This document shows, piece by piece, positions 12,446 through 26,024 of a stretch of DNA of 64,000 nt. Source of the DNA: Lytechinus variegatus (taxonomy: Eukaryota); assembly GCF_018143015.1 (NCBI RefSeq), contig NC_054742.1:58284853-58348852 (forward strand), in the 5' to 3' direction. A model generated the notes under the pieces. It made no database searches and was not told where the DNA came from. It worked only from the letters and a program-made list of their open reading frames with translations. Position numbers and translations under genes: made by a program. Position 1 is the first letter of the stretch, and the number at the start of each line of letters is the position of its first letter.

Positions 12446-13439
12446 TCATATTCGCGCCTAATACTAATTTGTTATTATTATTAGCTCACAAGCTTCAGAT
12501 GAAAATTTTACAATTTTTAGAACTTTTTAAACTCAAACACAATTGAATAGGTTTACAGGATTTTATTAGTCATGATTTTAATGCATGTATTTCACATTGT
12601 AACAACTAAAGGGAAACTGTTTTTTATGCCAACATTTTACTCATTTTTATTAAGATTTCTTATGTGGTGGAAGATGTGTTATTTTACAAACTGCGTCATT
12701 CTCCAAATTTTAAGTAAGCGTTCTCAGAATTGAGCAGGACGGTTTCTTGGGACGGGCGACCACTCAGCCCCCCCCCTTGGTTCTTCTTCTTTTTTTTTTA
12801 TCTGTATGCTTAATGAGTGCAAGGTGTCAGGGGTGACTGCTGGGTTGGTGGGTGCAGTTGTTTGATTTAACGTGCTTATGGTTGGTTGTTTGGATGAATG
12901 AGGAGTGTGCTATGAATGTAAATGTTTTTTTTTTTTTGTAAGAGATTGTTTGTCGGCCCTATTAATGTAGTGAGGTTAGCTGACCCTAAGTTCCGCCTGA
13001 GCGATGGATTTGAATAACCAATTCCATTGCCCAGGTTGAATGGTGTTGTAGAGGATTGGCATTCCCTGGCTGGAGCTGTGCATTGAACTTGACTGCTCGC
13101 TCGTCCCCAGACACACTCCTGTCTTTAGTTCTTTTGTTACTTGCTTAAATCTACGTTTTTATTGTTTGAATTTGAGTGGCGATGTTTGTCAATAAGCATT
13201 CTTCCACCACCACCATCTTTCAGTCTTCTATTTGTTCTTTTGTTAAGTTGCATTATATTTTCTTAATCAATTCAAGTTTTGATGTTTTTAAATCAGCTAT
13301 TTATACATGTATATACCTGTAAATTGTACACAATACAGCCTTTTGGCTGCAACGTGCAATGATTTCGAATAAAATCTTTTCAATTCAATTCATCTCACAT
13401 GTAGATATGATATCAGCTATGTCCATTTTAATCATACAG

Positions 13440-13900
13440 CCATTTTAAACTCAATTTTTGGAAGATATCTTGGATTTTTGGACACACAAGACCACTGACT
13501 GTCCTTGTAACTTGTCCCGATGTACTACTTCAATACTTAAACCATTGCACAGAATTGAATTTAGAATTAAAGCCACTGAAGTAATAGATGAATTAGATTT
13601 TTTAGCCTACGGCAGCCATTTTGGGCGCCATCTTGGATTTCCTGGTACCTTGGAGTGCTAATATTCACTCTAACTTCTATCAATAAATTTCTTTACCCAC
13701 TGGACCATGGAATATGAACATAAATAGGATTCTAGAGTGGATAATGAGAGAACTATATCCATTTTCAGTGAATGGCGGCCACCTTGGACACCCTCTTGAA
13801 AATAAGTACTTTCCCAGATGTAGATTTTGGTAGATTTTTAGTACTTTATTCCTGAGGTCAAATACTGCCAGAAACAGTTGAAAAATCATTTGTTGCAATT
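13440..13900. repeat. 'CCAAGATGGC' satellite family, about three units in inverted orientation
   Basis: Contains GGCGCCATCTTGGATTT and GGCGGCCACCTTGGACA motifs. Confidence 0.55.
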
Positions 13901-14672
13901 TGTTCCAAGTCAAACCATATATTGACCCGTTTACAAATCAAAGGGAGATAATATGGAGTACCGGGTATATTTCTTTATAACACATATATGATATGGATCT
14001 ACTGTACCTACTTAAGACGAGGCGGGAAATCAAATATGGTTGGGGCAGCATCCTGTCTAATCAGAACAGAGTACAGAGCTCTTGGAGGAATTCAATGAAG
14101 CTTGCTTCATATTGACCATCCATACTATGTTACAGTACCGGTACAGTCCAAAAGCTGAATGGAAATCTGCAGAAAATGTAAACACATGTCATAAAATCAA
14201 TTACTCATGAGAAAACTCTAGGCCTACTCAGCAGTGGCCCATTTCTCAACAACTGGACAAGTTAGTCATATATCTTTATCTACCAAACACAGAGATAGTT
14301 CCAATCTTACCCAGAAGGATTAACTTGAATCCATTGATATCATTATATCAATACTATCAGTAGAAGGTACATAAGCCTAAGTCACATAATAGCATATAAT
14401 TTTCAAAAAGTAAACTTATGATAAAACTTACAATTATTGTGATGAATCTGGAAATACATCCAATCAAAATAATAGCAGAGGCAAAATAGAAGGGGGTGAA
14501 TATAAAAATAGTATTTTTTATTTGAAAAAAAATCAATTCATTTGATCACCTCCTAGTGTTTTATCATGTTGACCTGAGCATCCATGATTACAACTCATGC
14601 AGAAATTGTAACAAGCAGAACCAAACAGAATCAGTTTGCCACACTCAAATTAATTTGCATTGTTTATTTGTT

Positions 14673-17550
14673 ACATGGGTCAGTCCATGTCATATCAACC
14701 AATGCTTGTCACCCAACCCACTTTGATTTTCTTTAAACTCGCACAAAATGTTGCCCCAAGTGTCTGACGGAAAAATCTGAAATATTTTGCCCCAAGGTCA
14801 AATGGTTGCTAAGATACGGCCTCCCATAGCAACCAATGCGCGCACAACAAAATTATTTTAAATAAAATTGCCTATTTTTGATTGACTACTGCAGCAAAGT
14901 TTGATTGATAGCAGTCTTTATTTTCAGTAAATTGGAAGAACTTTTTGGTCTAAACATGCAGAGTATACTGTAGCGCGGACCTGTCAACCGGATTTTGCAC
15001 ACGAGGCCACCGAAAATGGCGTTAAGCATCCGTGTCAATGATTTCAGAAGCATGTTTGGAGGCTCATAAATCCAAAACTAAATTAGCTTAGAACCAAATA
15101 TTGTGCACATTAATGTACTTTCAGATACTCAACAGATTTACAAAAAATTGACCAAAGAGTATGTGTCGTTTTCCTGTAGGGCGCCGTCAAAGTTGGATAT
15201 TTTCAAAAGATGCCAAGTTCAAGGTCACGGATCGCCTCCCGTCCCATCGAGGAGGGGGACCAATTTCTGTGTTTTGATAGACATTTACCCATATTTTCAA
15301 GTGTTACTTGAGAAATTTTGCTAACGGAATGTTTAGGGGCTGATTTGCGCAATCCAAAATGGTCGTAAACACCCTAAAATTGATGTTAATGACAATATAT
15401 GCTTTTCAACAATTTTCAAATTGTGATAACTCAAAGATGAAGAGCCCAAAGACATTGATATCTTCTGTGACGATAGTCTGTAATTAGTATTAAAAGAATA
15501 TATCTTCAGAAATATTTTTATTGTTGGCAAGGACCTTGAAAACACACCTAAAATTCAATAAAAACAGTAAATTTGCTAATTTTCCAGAATCATAATGGTG
15601 TTTACATTGACTTTCAAATGGGTGTCATTTCAATACAAAGGGTGAGCTTAAGCCAAAACTTGAAAGACATGTTCAACTTTTGGTCTACTTTGGGCAACAT
15701 AAAATATTTGAACTCAAAACCATATCATTTGACCTTGAAATTATTCCAAATATAGCTATTTGTTGCTTCATAAGTACATGTAGCACATCCAAATCGCGCG
15801 TGTACTTTGTACTTTGCAACACATTTCAAAATGAATTTTCTCATAGAGAGAATACCTGATCAGGCTGATATTTGCAGTATAAGTAGTCTGTAATGGGTTC
15901 TTGGAGGATCTTAAGATTAAGTACCTATTCTCTCATGACAATGACCTTGAAAATACAGCTGAAAATAATCAATAAATCATACAATTTTCATAAATAATCA
16001 AGTGTTTTTTATCAACTTTTCATTGTGTGTTATTCCATCTTGGATTGTGAGTTCATGCTGATAATTGCAAATCCTGTTCCACTTTTGGTCTACTTTCAGC
16101 TACATAAAATATTTGAACTCAAGACCATATCATTTGACCTTGAAATTATTCTAAATATAGCTATATGTTGCTTTATAAGTAGCATATTCAAATCGTGCGT
16201 GTACATTGTACTTTGCAACCTATTTCAAAATGGATTTTCTCATAGAGAGAATACATGATCAGGCTGATATTTGCAGTATTAGTAGTCTGTAATTAGTGCT
16301 TGGAAAATCTACAGTTTAGGTAACTATTCTATCAAGACATGAGTGGGTTAAAAACACTTGATTACTAATGAAAATAGTATGATTTATTGATTTTCACGAT
16401 TATCAGCTGTATTTTCAAGGTCATTGTCATGAGAGAATAGGTACTTAATCTGTAGGTCCTCCAAGAACTCATTACCAACTACTTATACTGCAAATATCAG
16501 CCTGATCAGGTATTCTCTCTATGAGAAAATCCATTTTGAAATGTGTTGCAAAGTACAATGAACACGCGCGATTTGAATATGCTACTTATGAGCAACAAAT
16601 GGCTATATTTGGAATAATTTCAAGGTCAAATGATATGGTTTTGAGATCAAATATTTTATGTTGCTCAAAGTAGACCAAAAGTTGAACATGTCTTTCAAGT
16701 TTTGGCTTAAGCTCACCCTTTGTATTGAAATGACACCCATTTGAAAGTCAATGTAAACACCATTTGAATGCCATTATGATTCTGGAAAATTAGCATATTT
16801 ACTGTTTTTATTGAATTTTAGGTGTGTTTTCAAGGTCATTGCCAACAATAAAAACTATTTCTGTAGATATATTCTTTTAATACTAATCACAGACTACCAC
16901 CACAGAATATATCAATGTCTTTGGGCTCTTCATCTTTGAGTTATCACAATTTGGGAGGTGATCCGTGACCTTGAACTTGGCATCTTTTGATAAAAATCCA
17001 ACTTTGAGGGCGCCCTACAGGAAAATGACACGTACTCTTGGGTCAATTTTTTGTAATTCTGTCGAGTATCTGAAAGTACATTAATGTGCATAATATTTGG
17101 TTCTAAGCTAATTCAGTTTTGGATTTATGAGCCTCCAAACATGCTTCTGAAATCATTGACACGGATGCTTAACGCCATTTTCGGAGACCTCGTGTGCGAA
17201 ATCCGGTTGACAGGTCCGCGCTACAGTATACTCTGCATGTTTAGACCAAAAAGTTCTTCCAATTTACTGAAAATGAAGACTGTAATCAATCAAACTTTGC
17301 TGCAGTAGTCAATCAAAAATAGGCAATTTTATTTAAAATATAGGCAATTTTATTTAAAATAATTTTGTTGTGCGCGCATTGGTTGCTATGGGAGGCCGTA
17401 TCTTAGCAACCGACCTTCTGGCAAAATATTTCAGATTTTTCCGTCAGACACTTGGGGCAACATTTGGTGCGAGTTTAAAGAAAATCGAAGAGGGTCGGGT
17501 GACAAATTGTCTGAAAATTGGTTGATTTGACGTGGATTGACCCACATACC
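14673..17550. mobile_element. Foldback-like palindromic element (~2.9 kb). Its long inverted arms carry a ~400-bp sub-repeat, present twice in the left arm.
   Basis: 14673-16330 is the reverse complement of 16340-17550. A ~190-bp indel lies in the left arm at 15228-15420. A 21-bp duplication TAGGCAATTTTATTTAAAATA lies in the right arm. Confidence 0.7.
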
Positions 17551-18959
17551 TATCCCACTTATTATTACAAAAAATGCTTAGAATGACCATTTTTCGGGTC
17601 GGAATCTCAACAATTTTTAGCTCGCGCTTTGCGTTCTCACTATTGAAATATGTACTGTCCTCTAGGGTAAACAGTCCTTAACAGGTCCCTTTTCGATAAT
17701 GCTCGAACACTTACTTAAAACAATTCTGCTCATGCTTGGCATTTTTAGTAATTATCTAGTTACATATGCATCTTGTTCAGGATCACAAACAGTACCCAGA
17801 ATGTTGAATTTTCAGGACAAAATACATGAAATTCAAAAAAAGAAAGAAAAAAATATTGGCTCGCACTTTATATAGGGCCTATGAGATTATTTCATATTGA
17901 TGTTATTTTATAAGAATAATGCTAAGAAGTGACTGATCAGGGAAAATACAGATAATTTTGGGCCCCTTCCCGGGCCATCATCCCCTATTGGCGAAAGTCG
18001 GATCCACCCTTGTGACACACACACACAGAAGAAATGGTGCCCCCTGGCCCTGCCACTGAAAAAGCAAGGATCCCCAGTGCCCCCCCCCGGAAAAATATCC
18101 TAGCTACGCCACTAGACTGATTTCTTCATCCCAAACCATTACAAGATTATTTCTATCCAGGATGTAAATCAATTCTAGAGAGGCATCATTCTGGGAGTCT
18201 TACCTCTGGCCGGGCAGCGAATATTTTTTCTGCATATGGAAACGCTATGGAATATGAATAATTCATACGTTGATTTAAAAAAAATGAAGTGCGCAGGCGC
18301 ATGGACTTGGCAATAGTTCTCTAGCTTTATCAATTTGTACATGAACAAATGGACGAGCACACTCTTGTACATAAATTAATGGACTCCATCGCATCCTCCC
18401 CGCTTTCTCAAAGTTTTGATTTCTCTCCCTTCCTCTCTCTAATAGCTGGCTTGGTCACATTTGTCCTACGGCCGGCGTACGGCAGTACGGTGAGTCGAAA
18501 GCAGCAGTTTCTTTAATTAGGTGATCTGTCAATCGACAATAATAATGCCGTTTTTACATTATATATTAAGATCTAGGCCGGAATATCTTCAGCCTGTATA
18601 ATTCATTACCATTTCAGATGTGCAGAAAAAACAAATCACCCTCCCCGGCCCCATGCTGTACTGACAACAGTACATAAACTTGAATACACGGGACTAGCAT
18701 TGTTTTTGCAAATGCAAGTTTGGTAACGATTAACGAATTCGCGAATTTCCCTTTTTTAACGTAATTTTTGAGTCGAAAACATTTAAGCTGAACTTACGAA
18801 ATCAATGTCCATCCCAATCCTAGCGATTAGAGCAGTTGTATGCAGCTCATGTAGGCATGAATAATGTGAAATCTAAGCTAAGACAAGTTCACCAACTCGT
18901 CAACAACTACGTGACCGGCCCGACCGGAGCTTTAGTACAGCTAGCTAGCTGCAGGCGCT

Positions 18960-19930
18960 GGCAATCAGCGACCCATAGCAGACAGACGAGACAAAAATAT
19001 TTTTGTGTGTTTTGACACAAAATCATTTCGTCGACGGAATGATTTCGCAACGGAACGAAATGAATAGACAGAGACAAAAATTTTTTGTGTTTTGACACAA
19101 AATCATTTCGTCGACAGGATATCGCATCTGAACGAAATGAATAGACAGAGGAGACGAAATTTTTTTGTGTTTTGGCACAAAATCATTTTGTCCACGGAAT
19201 AGATATCGCATCGGAACGAAATGAATAGACAGAGACAAAATTTTTTTGTGTGTTTTGACACAAAATCATTTCGTCGACAGAATAAATTTTGCATCGGGAC
19301 GAAATGAATTTTGTGGACGAAATTGATTAAGGGTGACACAGAATAAATTTCGTATACGAAATCACACTGCATCATGACGAAATGATTTTCGTTTGAGTGA
19401 AAAAACAAAGTGTGCATACAGAATTTTCCATTGGACACTTAGGGCGCCATTTCGTTAGATCAAAATTCATTTTGTACATACGAAATAAATTTTGTGGACG
19501 CAATTACATTTCGTCTCAACGAAAATTGATTTCGTCGGACGAAATTAATTTTATGTGACAAAAAATAAATTTCGTATACGAAATAAAACAGCGTCATGAC
19601 AGAATGATTTTCATATGAACAAAAACAAATTTTGTGTACGGAATGGCGTGAATTGGACGGAATTAAACATCGGACATTTGGTGCGCCATTTCGTTTGATC
19701 AAAATTCATTTCGTATGGCACGCCAAATATAGTTTGTGAACGTAATTACATTTTGTCTAGACAAAATTTATTTCGTGCATTTCGTCGAGACGAAATTAAT
19801 TTTATGTGACAAAAAATAAATTTCGTATACAAAATAAAACAGCGTCATGACGAAATGATTTTCGTCTGAATAAAAACATATTTTGTGTACGAAATGACTT
19901 GATTTGGACGAAATATACTGGCGGACACTT
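18960..19930. repeat. Satellite built on the ATTTCGTC/GACGAAAT palindromic motif (~80-bp units about four times, then ~230-bp units about three times)
   Basis: Repeated units of the type 'TTTGTGTTTTGACACAAAATCATTTCGTCGAC...GAACGAAATGAATAGACAGAGACAAAA'. Confidence 0.65.
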
Positions 19931-20378
19931 GGCGCCCCATAGTCTACGACCCGTTTTTTTAATATAACGCAGTAGAATTTGATGCTAAATCTTGAGAATG
20001 GAACTTCTTACTGTGTAATGTTCTCAATCATCATACAAATGCTTACATTCAAATCTGTTACTATGCTGTCATCCTCATAAGAATAAAAGCGAATTTAATA
20101 TCTATCGTCGTAATGACGTCATAGCAATCTCTGCTACGATTTGAAATTAATTTGACCTTTACTCCATAACAAAGGTTTGCGTCATCCAAAATGGTTATTA
20201 GTATTCTTACATTTATTTTGAACCTTATATAAAAAGAGACGTTTCATTCACATTTGCAGAAAATAAGCAAAATGCGATTTGCTCCAAAATCTGATCATGG
20301 ACCAGTCGTAAGGTGTGCGGTGGCCCTCAAAAGTAATAAACAAACTCATAAATGTTTACCTTGTCGATGTTATCTGAG

Positions 20379-20433
20379 ATTTTCTTTTGGACAGCATTAG
20401 ATACAATAGAGCTTACCAATAAAACTAAACAGC
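20379..20433 (+). CDS. PARP4: Candidate upstream PARP4 exon (..IFFWTALDTIELTNKTKQP..)
   Basis: Resembles PARP4 'EMIWAEALGHLEHMLLKP'. An AG acceptor gives phase 0 at 20379. No phase-compatible donor was found, so the boundaries are unresolved. Confidence 0.3.
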
Positions 20434-21131
20434 CCGGGTTGTTGTTATTCGCTTATTTCGAAAAAAAGGCCAGCATTATATCATTTGACTTTTTAACATC
20501 TTTGTTGAATTCTTATCGTTCTTTGAACATTATGATAAAAAAATTAACAATTTTGTATCATTTGATAGTACACGAATACTAGTAAACGTATGATGTATAC
20601 TTATGACTATCATTATGTTTAATTATACGTGGATTTATTGCCTTTTTGTCTAAATCATTTTCAGAAATATAGTATGTTTCGCTCGAAAGATATCATTAAA
20701 AAATGATTAAAGACGTATCAAATAGCTTTTTGAATAAAACAACATACAGGGATTGGTAGAGAACCCATCAATAATACCCAAGTCCTTTGGAAGCGCATAT
20801 AGAGACATTATTCATAATGTGATATGCGCTATACAAGAACTGCATAGGAGTATCGATAATTAGCAGGAAGTAGACTATACAGTGTCTTTTTTAAGTTTAT
20901 AATCATCAATACGGATAATAAAATGAAATAGAATATTACTACACTCACGAAATACAGGAAAGGCATGCATGAAAGGAAAATGACAAAGACACTTCTACAC
21001 GACGAAACAATAAAAAATAAATCAGTTGGATGTCACCATGTAACTAATACACCCCATTTTTATGCTGATGATGGCAAATTGTCTTGAAACATAAATGACT
21101 GCTCTCTGTTTTGGTTGTTTCTTTTTTGCAG

Positions 21132-21395
21132 GTTGCGAAGGCAGAAGCTGTACTTTACCGAATGTGGAACATCTTATACGACAGGAAACACAAACAAAAA
21201 CACGAACACAAACACGAACAAAAACACAAACATAAGCACAAACATAAAAACAAAATTGATGAGGAGAGTGACGTCGAATCATCGAATGCTGAACTAAAGA
21301 CACTTGAGAAAGAATTCTACGGCCTTATTCCTCATCATGCCTATAAGCCACTCGTATTACTCAGCAGAGTCGCAACGAAGTTGGACTTATGTCAG
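21132..21395 (+). CDS. PARP4: PARP4 regulatory-domain exon (VAKAEAVLYRMWNIL...(HK)n...ELKTLEKEFYGLIPHHAYKPLVLLSRVATKLDLCQ)
   Basis: Acceptor is cag|GTTGCG and donor is CAG|gtaaac. The exon is 88 codons with phase 0 at both ends. It matches PARP4 'VSKAEGILLLVKAALK...EFYRLIPH...LLAKKADLCQ'. Confidence 0.75.
21194..21262 (+). repeat. (ACAAAC/ACAAAA)n microsatellite inside PARP4 coding sequence, encoding an (HK)n / HKQKHEHKHEQK stretch
   Basis: Read directly from the 21132-21395 exon. Confidence 0.8.
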
Positions 21396-22019
21396 GTAAA
21401 CTTATTTTAAAATGTGAGGATCGATCGGAAAACGATTTCTTCTTTATTTGTATCGGATGTTATTGTTTAATAAAGTTAATTTCTCGTTGAAATGCATACT
21501 AGTGCCCGAAGCTTCAAAATCTAAGGGGGTTAATTATGGTAAGAATTTCAGGAAATCACTCAGGATATTGCCGCAGTCTTTCATCCACTGTTGAATGTGA
21601 CTAGTATATAACCCTAGTACACTCTGCGTGAATGCTCATTTTGTTCAATTTGGTGGCGCCTACTTTATAAGCTGTTTTCTCCAGAATCACGAAAACATTG
21701 TGATTCATTTATTGTATGAAAAATAAATTGTATTTCGTATGACCGTACAGAGTGTAAAAACTTGTTTGATTGGCTATCAGTGTCCATACTTGGATGATGG
21801 TGGTAAAATACATTGATATTTGTAATGTATATGTAATATATCAGCAAATTTTCTCTGCCTCAATTTTCCCTTGCTTCTTTGTTCATTCTCATTTTCAATC
21901 ATTTTCCACATGTTGTAACCCGTGTCCCTTCCAATAAACTCTGCACCCCTTTATACAATTAAATGTAAACACGGCAATCAAACGCAATTTAAGTTTCAAC
22001 CAATTAGGAGCGCGTATTC

Positions 22020-22180
22020 TGACCTTATTATCGTTATTGTTATTATTGCTGTTATTATTATTATCATAACTTGTATGATTATTTATTGTTATTATTACTA
22101 TCATTATTACTCATGTAACTATCTGTCATTATTATTATTATCATTATTTACTCCTATAATTATTTATTATTATTATTGAC
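22020..22180. repeat. (ATT/AAT)n-rich microsatellite block. A second block lies at 22355-22440.
   Basis: Low-complexity TTATTATTA runs. Confidence 0.7.
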
Positions 22181-22654
22181 CACGACAATAGATGATTCGT
22201 GACGTTGTATACATTAATGAGGAGACTGGGTGGCAGAAACGACCAACCCAAATAGCCAAGTACCGAGCACTCCGTTGTTACATCCAACATTTACCATCAA
22301 ATCATCCAGAGTATGAGAAGATCAGACGTCTCGTCTTGTCGACGATGCCTGGGTATTTATCTTAATGATAATAATAATAACAATAGTAATTATTACAATA
22401 CAAGTTATTACAATACAAGTAATAATGATAATTCTTATTTTACCCTCGCCTCGGGTTTGGGACTAACACTTGTTTTGCGATTGAACTTAAGTTTCTTGCA
22501 ATGCCCAATTAAAGTTAGTCGATATTTCAAATTTAAAAAAATAAGGGTTTATGATAAATTTTCTAGCATTTATGATCAAGCATCGTCCTTGAGAAAAATG
22601 TCTTAGATGAAGGAAGATGAAATTTGGTATTGTTTGCACAATGGTTTGTCTCGG

Positions 22655-23212
22655 AACCCGGAGGGGCCCACTTACATTGACGAGTGGATACCATGCGCGA
22701 CCAAAAAAAACACGTAAAAAGGATGTCTTTTTCACGATAGGGCACGTTACGTACGTAACGTGATAAGGGTGCCAAAAACACAAAAATAATGAAAAAAGGG
22801 TATCTATTTCGCTAGGAAAATTACGTGTTCAGGGTCGAATTTGCGGGGATGATACAACAAAATTAAAATGTTTTATAAAGGATGTCCTTTTTGCCCCAAC
22901 ACTACGTGTTTAGAGTCCGATTTGCGCGAGGTGTAGAAGTGGGGTCGTACTAAACCAAATAAGGTAAAGCCGACGACCGAAGGAACCGTAACAATAAAAC
23001 ATTCCTGTACTTGTTTAGGGGTTCATTTCAGGGAATATTTGCCAAGAGTATCGTTTTTGTTTCCAATACTTGTTAAGGGTAGGGTTTCACACGCCAATAC
23101 TTGTTAAGGGGTTCATTTTCAGAATATGGAAATTACGTGTTTAGGGTGCTTTTCGAGACCCCTTGGTCGCGCATGGTATCCACTCGTGAATGGAAGTGGC
23201 CCCCCGGGTCTC
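22655..23212. mobile_element. MITE-B copy 2, with an 8-bp target-site duplication TCTCGGAA
   Basis: CCCGGAGGGGCCCACTTACATTGACGAG...CTCGTGAATGGAAGTGGCCCCCCGGG, flanked by TCTCGGAA on both sides. Confidence 0.75.
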
Positions 23213-23490
23213 GGAATTATCAATAATCTTTTTTTCTGTTTACATCCCCCTTATAACAAAACGCAATATGATTATCATTGTATAGTAAATCATTATGATT
23301 AATTATCAAGATGTAAATTATAAAAGATAAGGGTAATTTCGTACAAGCAAATTGTTTCATGAATTTCTCAAAAGTTTATTTCCATTGACCGATGAAAAGG
23401 CATAGACCTAAAATCATCATTGGATTAAAGTAAGTAAAGTAAGAAAGTATCTGATTTTATATTTTGCTTTTCTTGTTGCTCTTGTCAAGA

Positions 23491-23627
23491 GGAATGAAGT
23501 TGAATACACTGAGGATTTTCGCAGTAAGTAGACCACCGGAAGAAGAAGGTTACTGCCATGACATCGGTAATGACACTCTGCTCTTCCATGCCACCAAACC
23601 AAACAACGTACTTGGCATCTTATCCAG
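23491..23627 (+). CDS. PARP4: PARP4 catalytic-domain exon (GMKLNTLRIFAVSRPPEEEGYCHDIGNDTLLFHATKPNNVLGILSR)
   Basis: A polypyrimidine tract precedes the aag|GG acceptor. The donor is CAG|gtaaat, leaving phase 2. It matches PARP4 'VLQIFRVGRVNETTEF...LLHGSPVQNIVGILCRGL'. Confidence 0.75.
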
Positions 23628-24046
23628 GTAAATGGGGATAACACACGAACACCAGAGTGGTTAGCAATGCAGGAAAAACTCAAGAAGTGCTGAAACTACA
23701 CCAGTTTAGAATACTATTGTCCTGTGGAGAGTCACGTGACAATGAACAGCTGAATGGTCTTTATCGATAATTGGTAAACCGGGGCAGCAGTTTCATGGGA
23801 AGTTTCCGAGCTAACGAAAAATTGCAACTATTTCGTTTGCCAATAGTCTAGGGCGAAACTACTCTTGTGATTAACCATTTTTTTGACAATGACTTCATGG
23901 TTGCGCTATGTTATGAAGGGACAATATATTTTCTATGTTCTTGAATATGCCGTGCGTTGTGAAGCGAAAAGTCCCTATACACTATTAAAACAAATTAGTC
24001 AAATTGACTAGACCAGTAGTCAGCTCAGTGCAACTGATTTGTCTAA

Positions 24047-24182
24047 TCACATTTCTGACATACATTCTTTCAAGTCAGAAATTATGTTGTAGATTTATGC
24101 TATAAATGCAAAGAAACGCGTCACATTTTTCTTCAGTCACATTTCTGACATACATTCTTTCAAGTCAGAAATTATGTTGTAG
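24047..24182. repeat. Direct repeat (two ~55-bp copies), each containing a TTCTGAC...GTCAGAA hairpin
   Basis: cacatttctgacatacattctttcaagtcagaaattatgttgtag occurs twice. Confidence 0.6.
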
Positions 24183-24628
24183 TATAATACGATTATAAAA
24201 TAGTCAAATGTGACTAGAATAACAGTTGCACCAAGCTGACCCTATTAACTAGTCATTTTTGACTGATTTGATTCTTTGACTGACAGTGCGTTTCAAATAA
24301 AAAATAATCCAAATTTGGAGGGGCCATATTCCCAGTTCATGCATTTTTTATTCTATCACATAATTAAAAATGAACTCCTCGCCTTTACACTTTACAACGA
24401 TACGTTTCTTGAATCATATTTGTAAAGCATATTGAATAAATTACAAATGAATATGACAGGTACAAAATCCATTTATTCCAAGTTTGTTCAAAGGATGAAA
24501 GACTGATTATAGATGTTTCAAAGGAATTGAGCATCATTGCACGCAACCCTAATAACAATAAGGTCAAGAAGTTTGAAAAATACGCTTTATTTGCAATTTC
24601 TTTATTTTCATTGTTTTATTCACACAAG

Positions 24629-24727
24629 GGGTCTTCTTATGCCAAAGGTTGTGGTGGAGATGTTTAACGGACAACGCCGTGACGAAGGACTGCTTGGCCC
24701 GGGTCTTTATTTTGGTGATCGGATAAG
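24629..24727 (+). CDS. PARP4: PARP4 catalytic exon (RGLLMPKVVVEMFNGQRRDEGLLGPGLYFGDRI)
   Basis: Acceptor is cacaag|GG and donor is AAG|gtttta (weak). Phase 2 in and phase 2 out. It matches PARP4 'GLLLPKVVEDRGVQRTDVGNLGSGIYFSDSLS'. Confidence 0.7.
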
Positions 24728-25268
24728 GTTTTAATCTATTTCTTTTTACGATTTATAATTTTGAGATGATGATAGATTAATTCATGGCGAAGCCCGATTA
24801 ATTTCGTCGAAATTTATTTTATTTCATTCATTTCATTAATCCCACATCCAAGTGTGAAATTATTTTTTTAAAATGCATGTTTGCAATGTGTACAATTTTA
24901 AAAGGGATTGATTCCCTTTAAGAAGCAGAGTGCTTATCACCATGACATGACGATGATACAAATTGCATTTATAGCTTTGAATTATATATTTCATCAATAC
25001 CTGACGATGATACGTTTATTCTTGATTTTACACGATCAATATTATTGATATGTGACAATGATAGATGTTTTCACAACTTTACACTATCCGTATTAGTGCC
25101 CAGTAAATATAACTTTATCCTTAACTTCAGACGATTCATTTCATTGATGAGAGAAGAAAATTATACATTCATGACTTTGCATAAACTATTTCGTCAGTGC
25201 GTCACGCGTTTCTTTATAACTCAATATGATTTATTCCGTCGTTCCATAACTATGTGACCATAATACGT

Positions 25269-25900
25269 TAAAGGGGTATTCTGGGCTAAAAATATTTATA
25301 TCTACAGTAAATGAATAAAATTAGTAAAGATGAAAATGAGTAAAAATGAGAATGAATTAGTACTAAAATGAGTAATGCTGAAAATTTCATCAAACTCTGA
25401 TAACAAATAGTGAAGTTACTGAATTTTAAAGTTTAGCAATATATTGTGAAAACTGCAGTTAAATACGCACATCGTCATAAATTTTCAATATGACGCACAT
25501 CCCCACTTTGCATTTTCTTTATATTTCATTACATGAAATCGTAATTGCTTCTCTTTTACATACATGTGTGAATGATATTGTCTCCTTTATACTGAAATAA
25601 GTTGCAGCAATGAATATCTAATGCAATAAATCAGTTGACAATCCGATTTTTCTTAGTTCTTGGAGGAAAATATTTGAATAGACTTAATTTCATATAATGA
25701 AATACAAAATAAGTTTGCTCATTGAATGTTCATGAAGACATGCCTGGAACTGTTTCACCGGAATAATGCAAATCTTTAAAATGCCATAACTTTGTTATTC
25801 TTTATCCGAATTTTATAAAATTTTCAGTTTTTTATTGTCTGATATTTCTTTATCTGTTCAAATTATATTTTTTAGCCTGGAGTATACCCCTTTGATAAAT
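25269..25900. mobile_element. Intronic MITE (~630 bp) with inverted termini AAAGGGGTATTCTGGGCTAAAAA / TTTTTAGCCTGGAGTATACCCCTTT
   Basis: A terminal inverted repeat matching at about 20 of 23 positions. Confidence 0.6.
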
Positions 25901-26024
25901 GTGACTCATTTTCTTTGATAAACAATTGTGATTTATACATACGTTTATTTCTAATTTTGCTCGAATCATTTTCATTGATATGTGACAGCGATAATTTTGT
26001 TCATATATATATATTTAACAATTA

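Noticed and set aside
18907-19702. Several 60-111-aa minus-strand ORFs with repetitive 'ISFRCDI' peptides
   Set aside because: They are translations of the CGAAAT satellite, are periodic, and resemble no protein.
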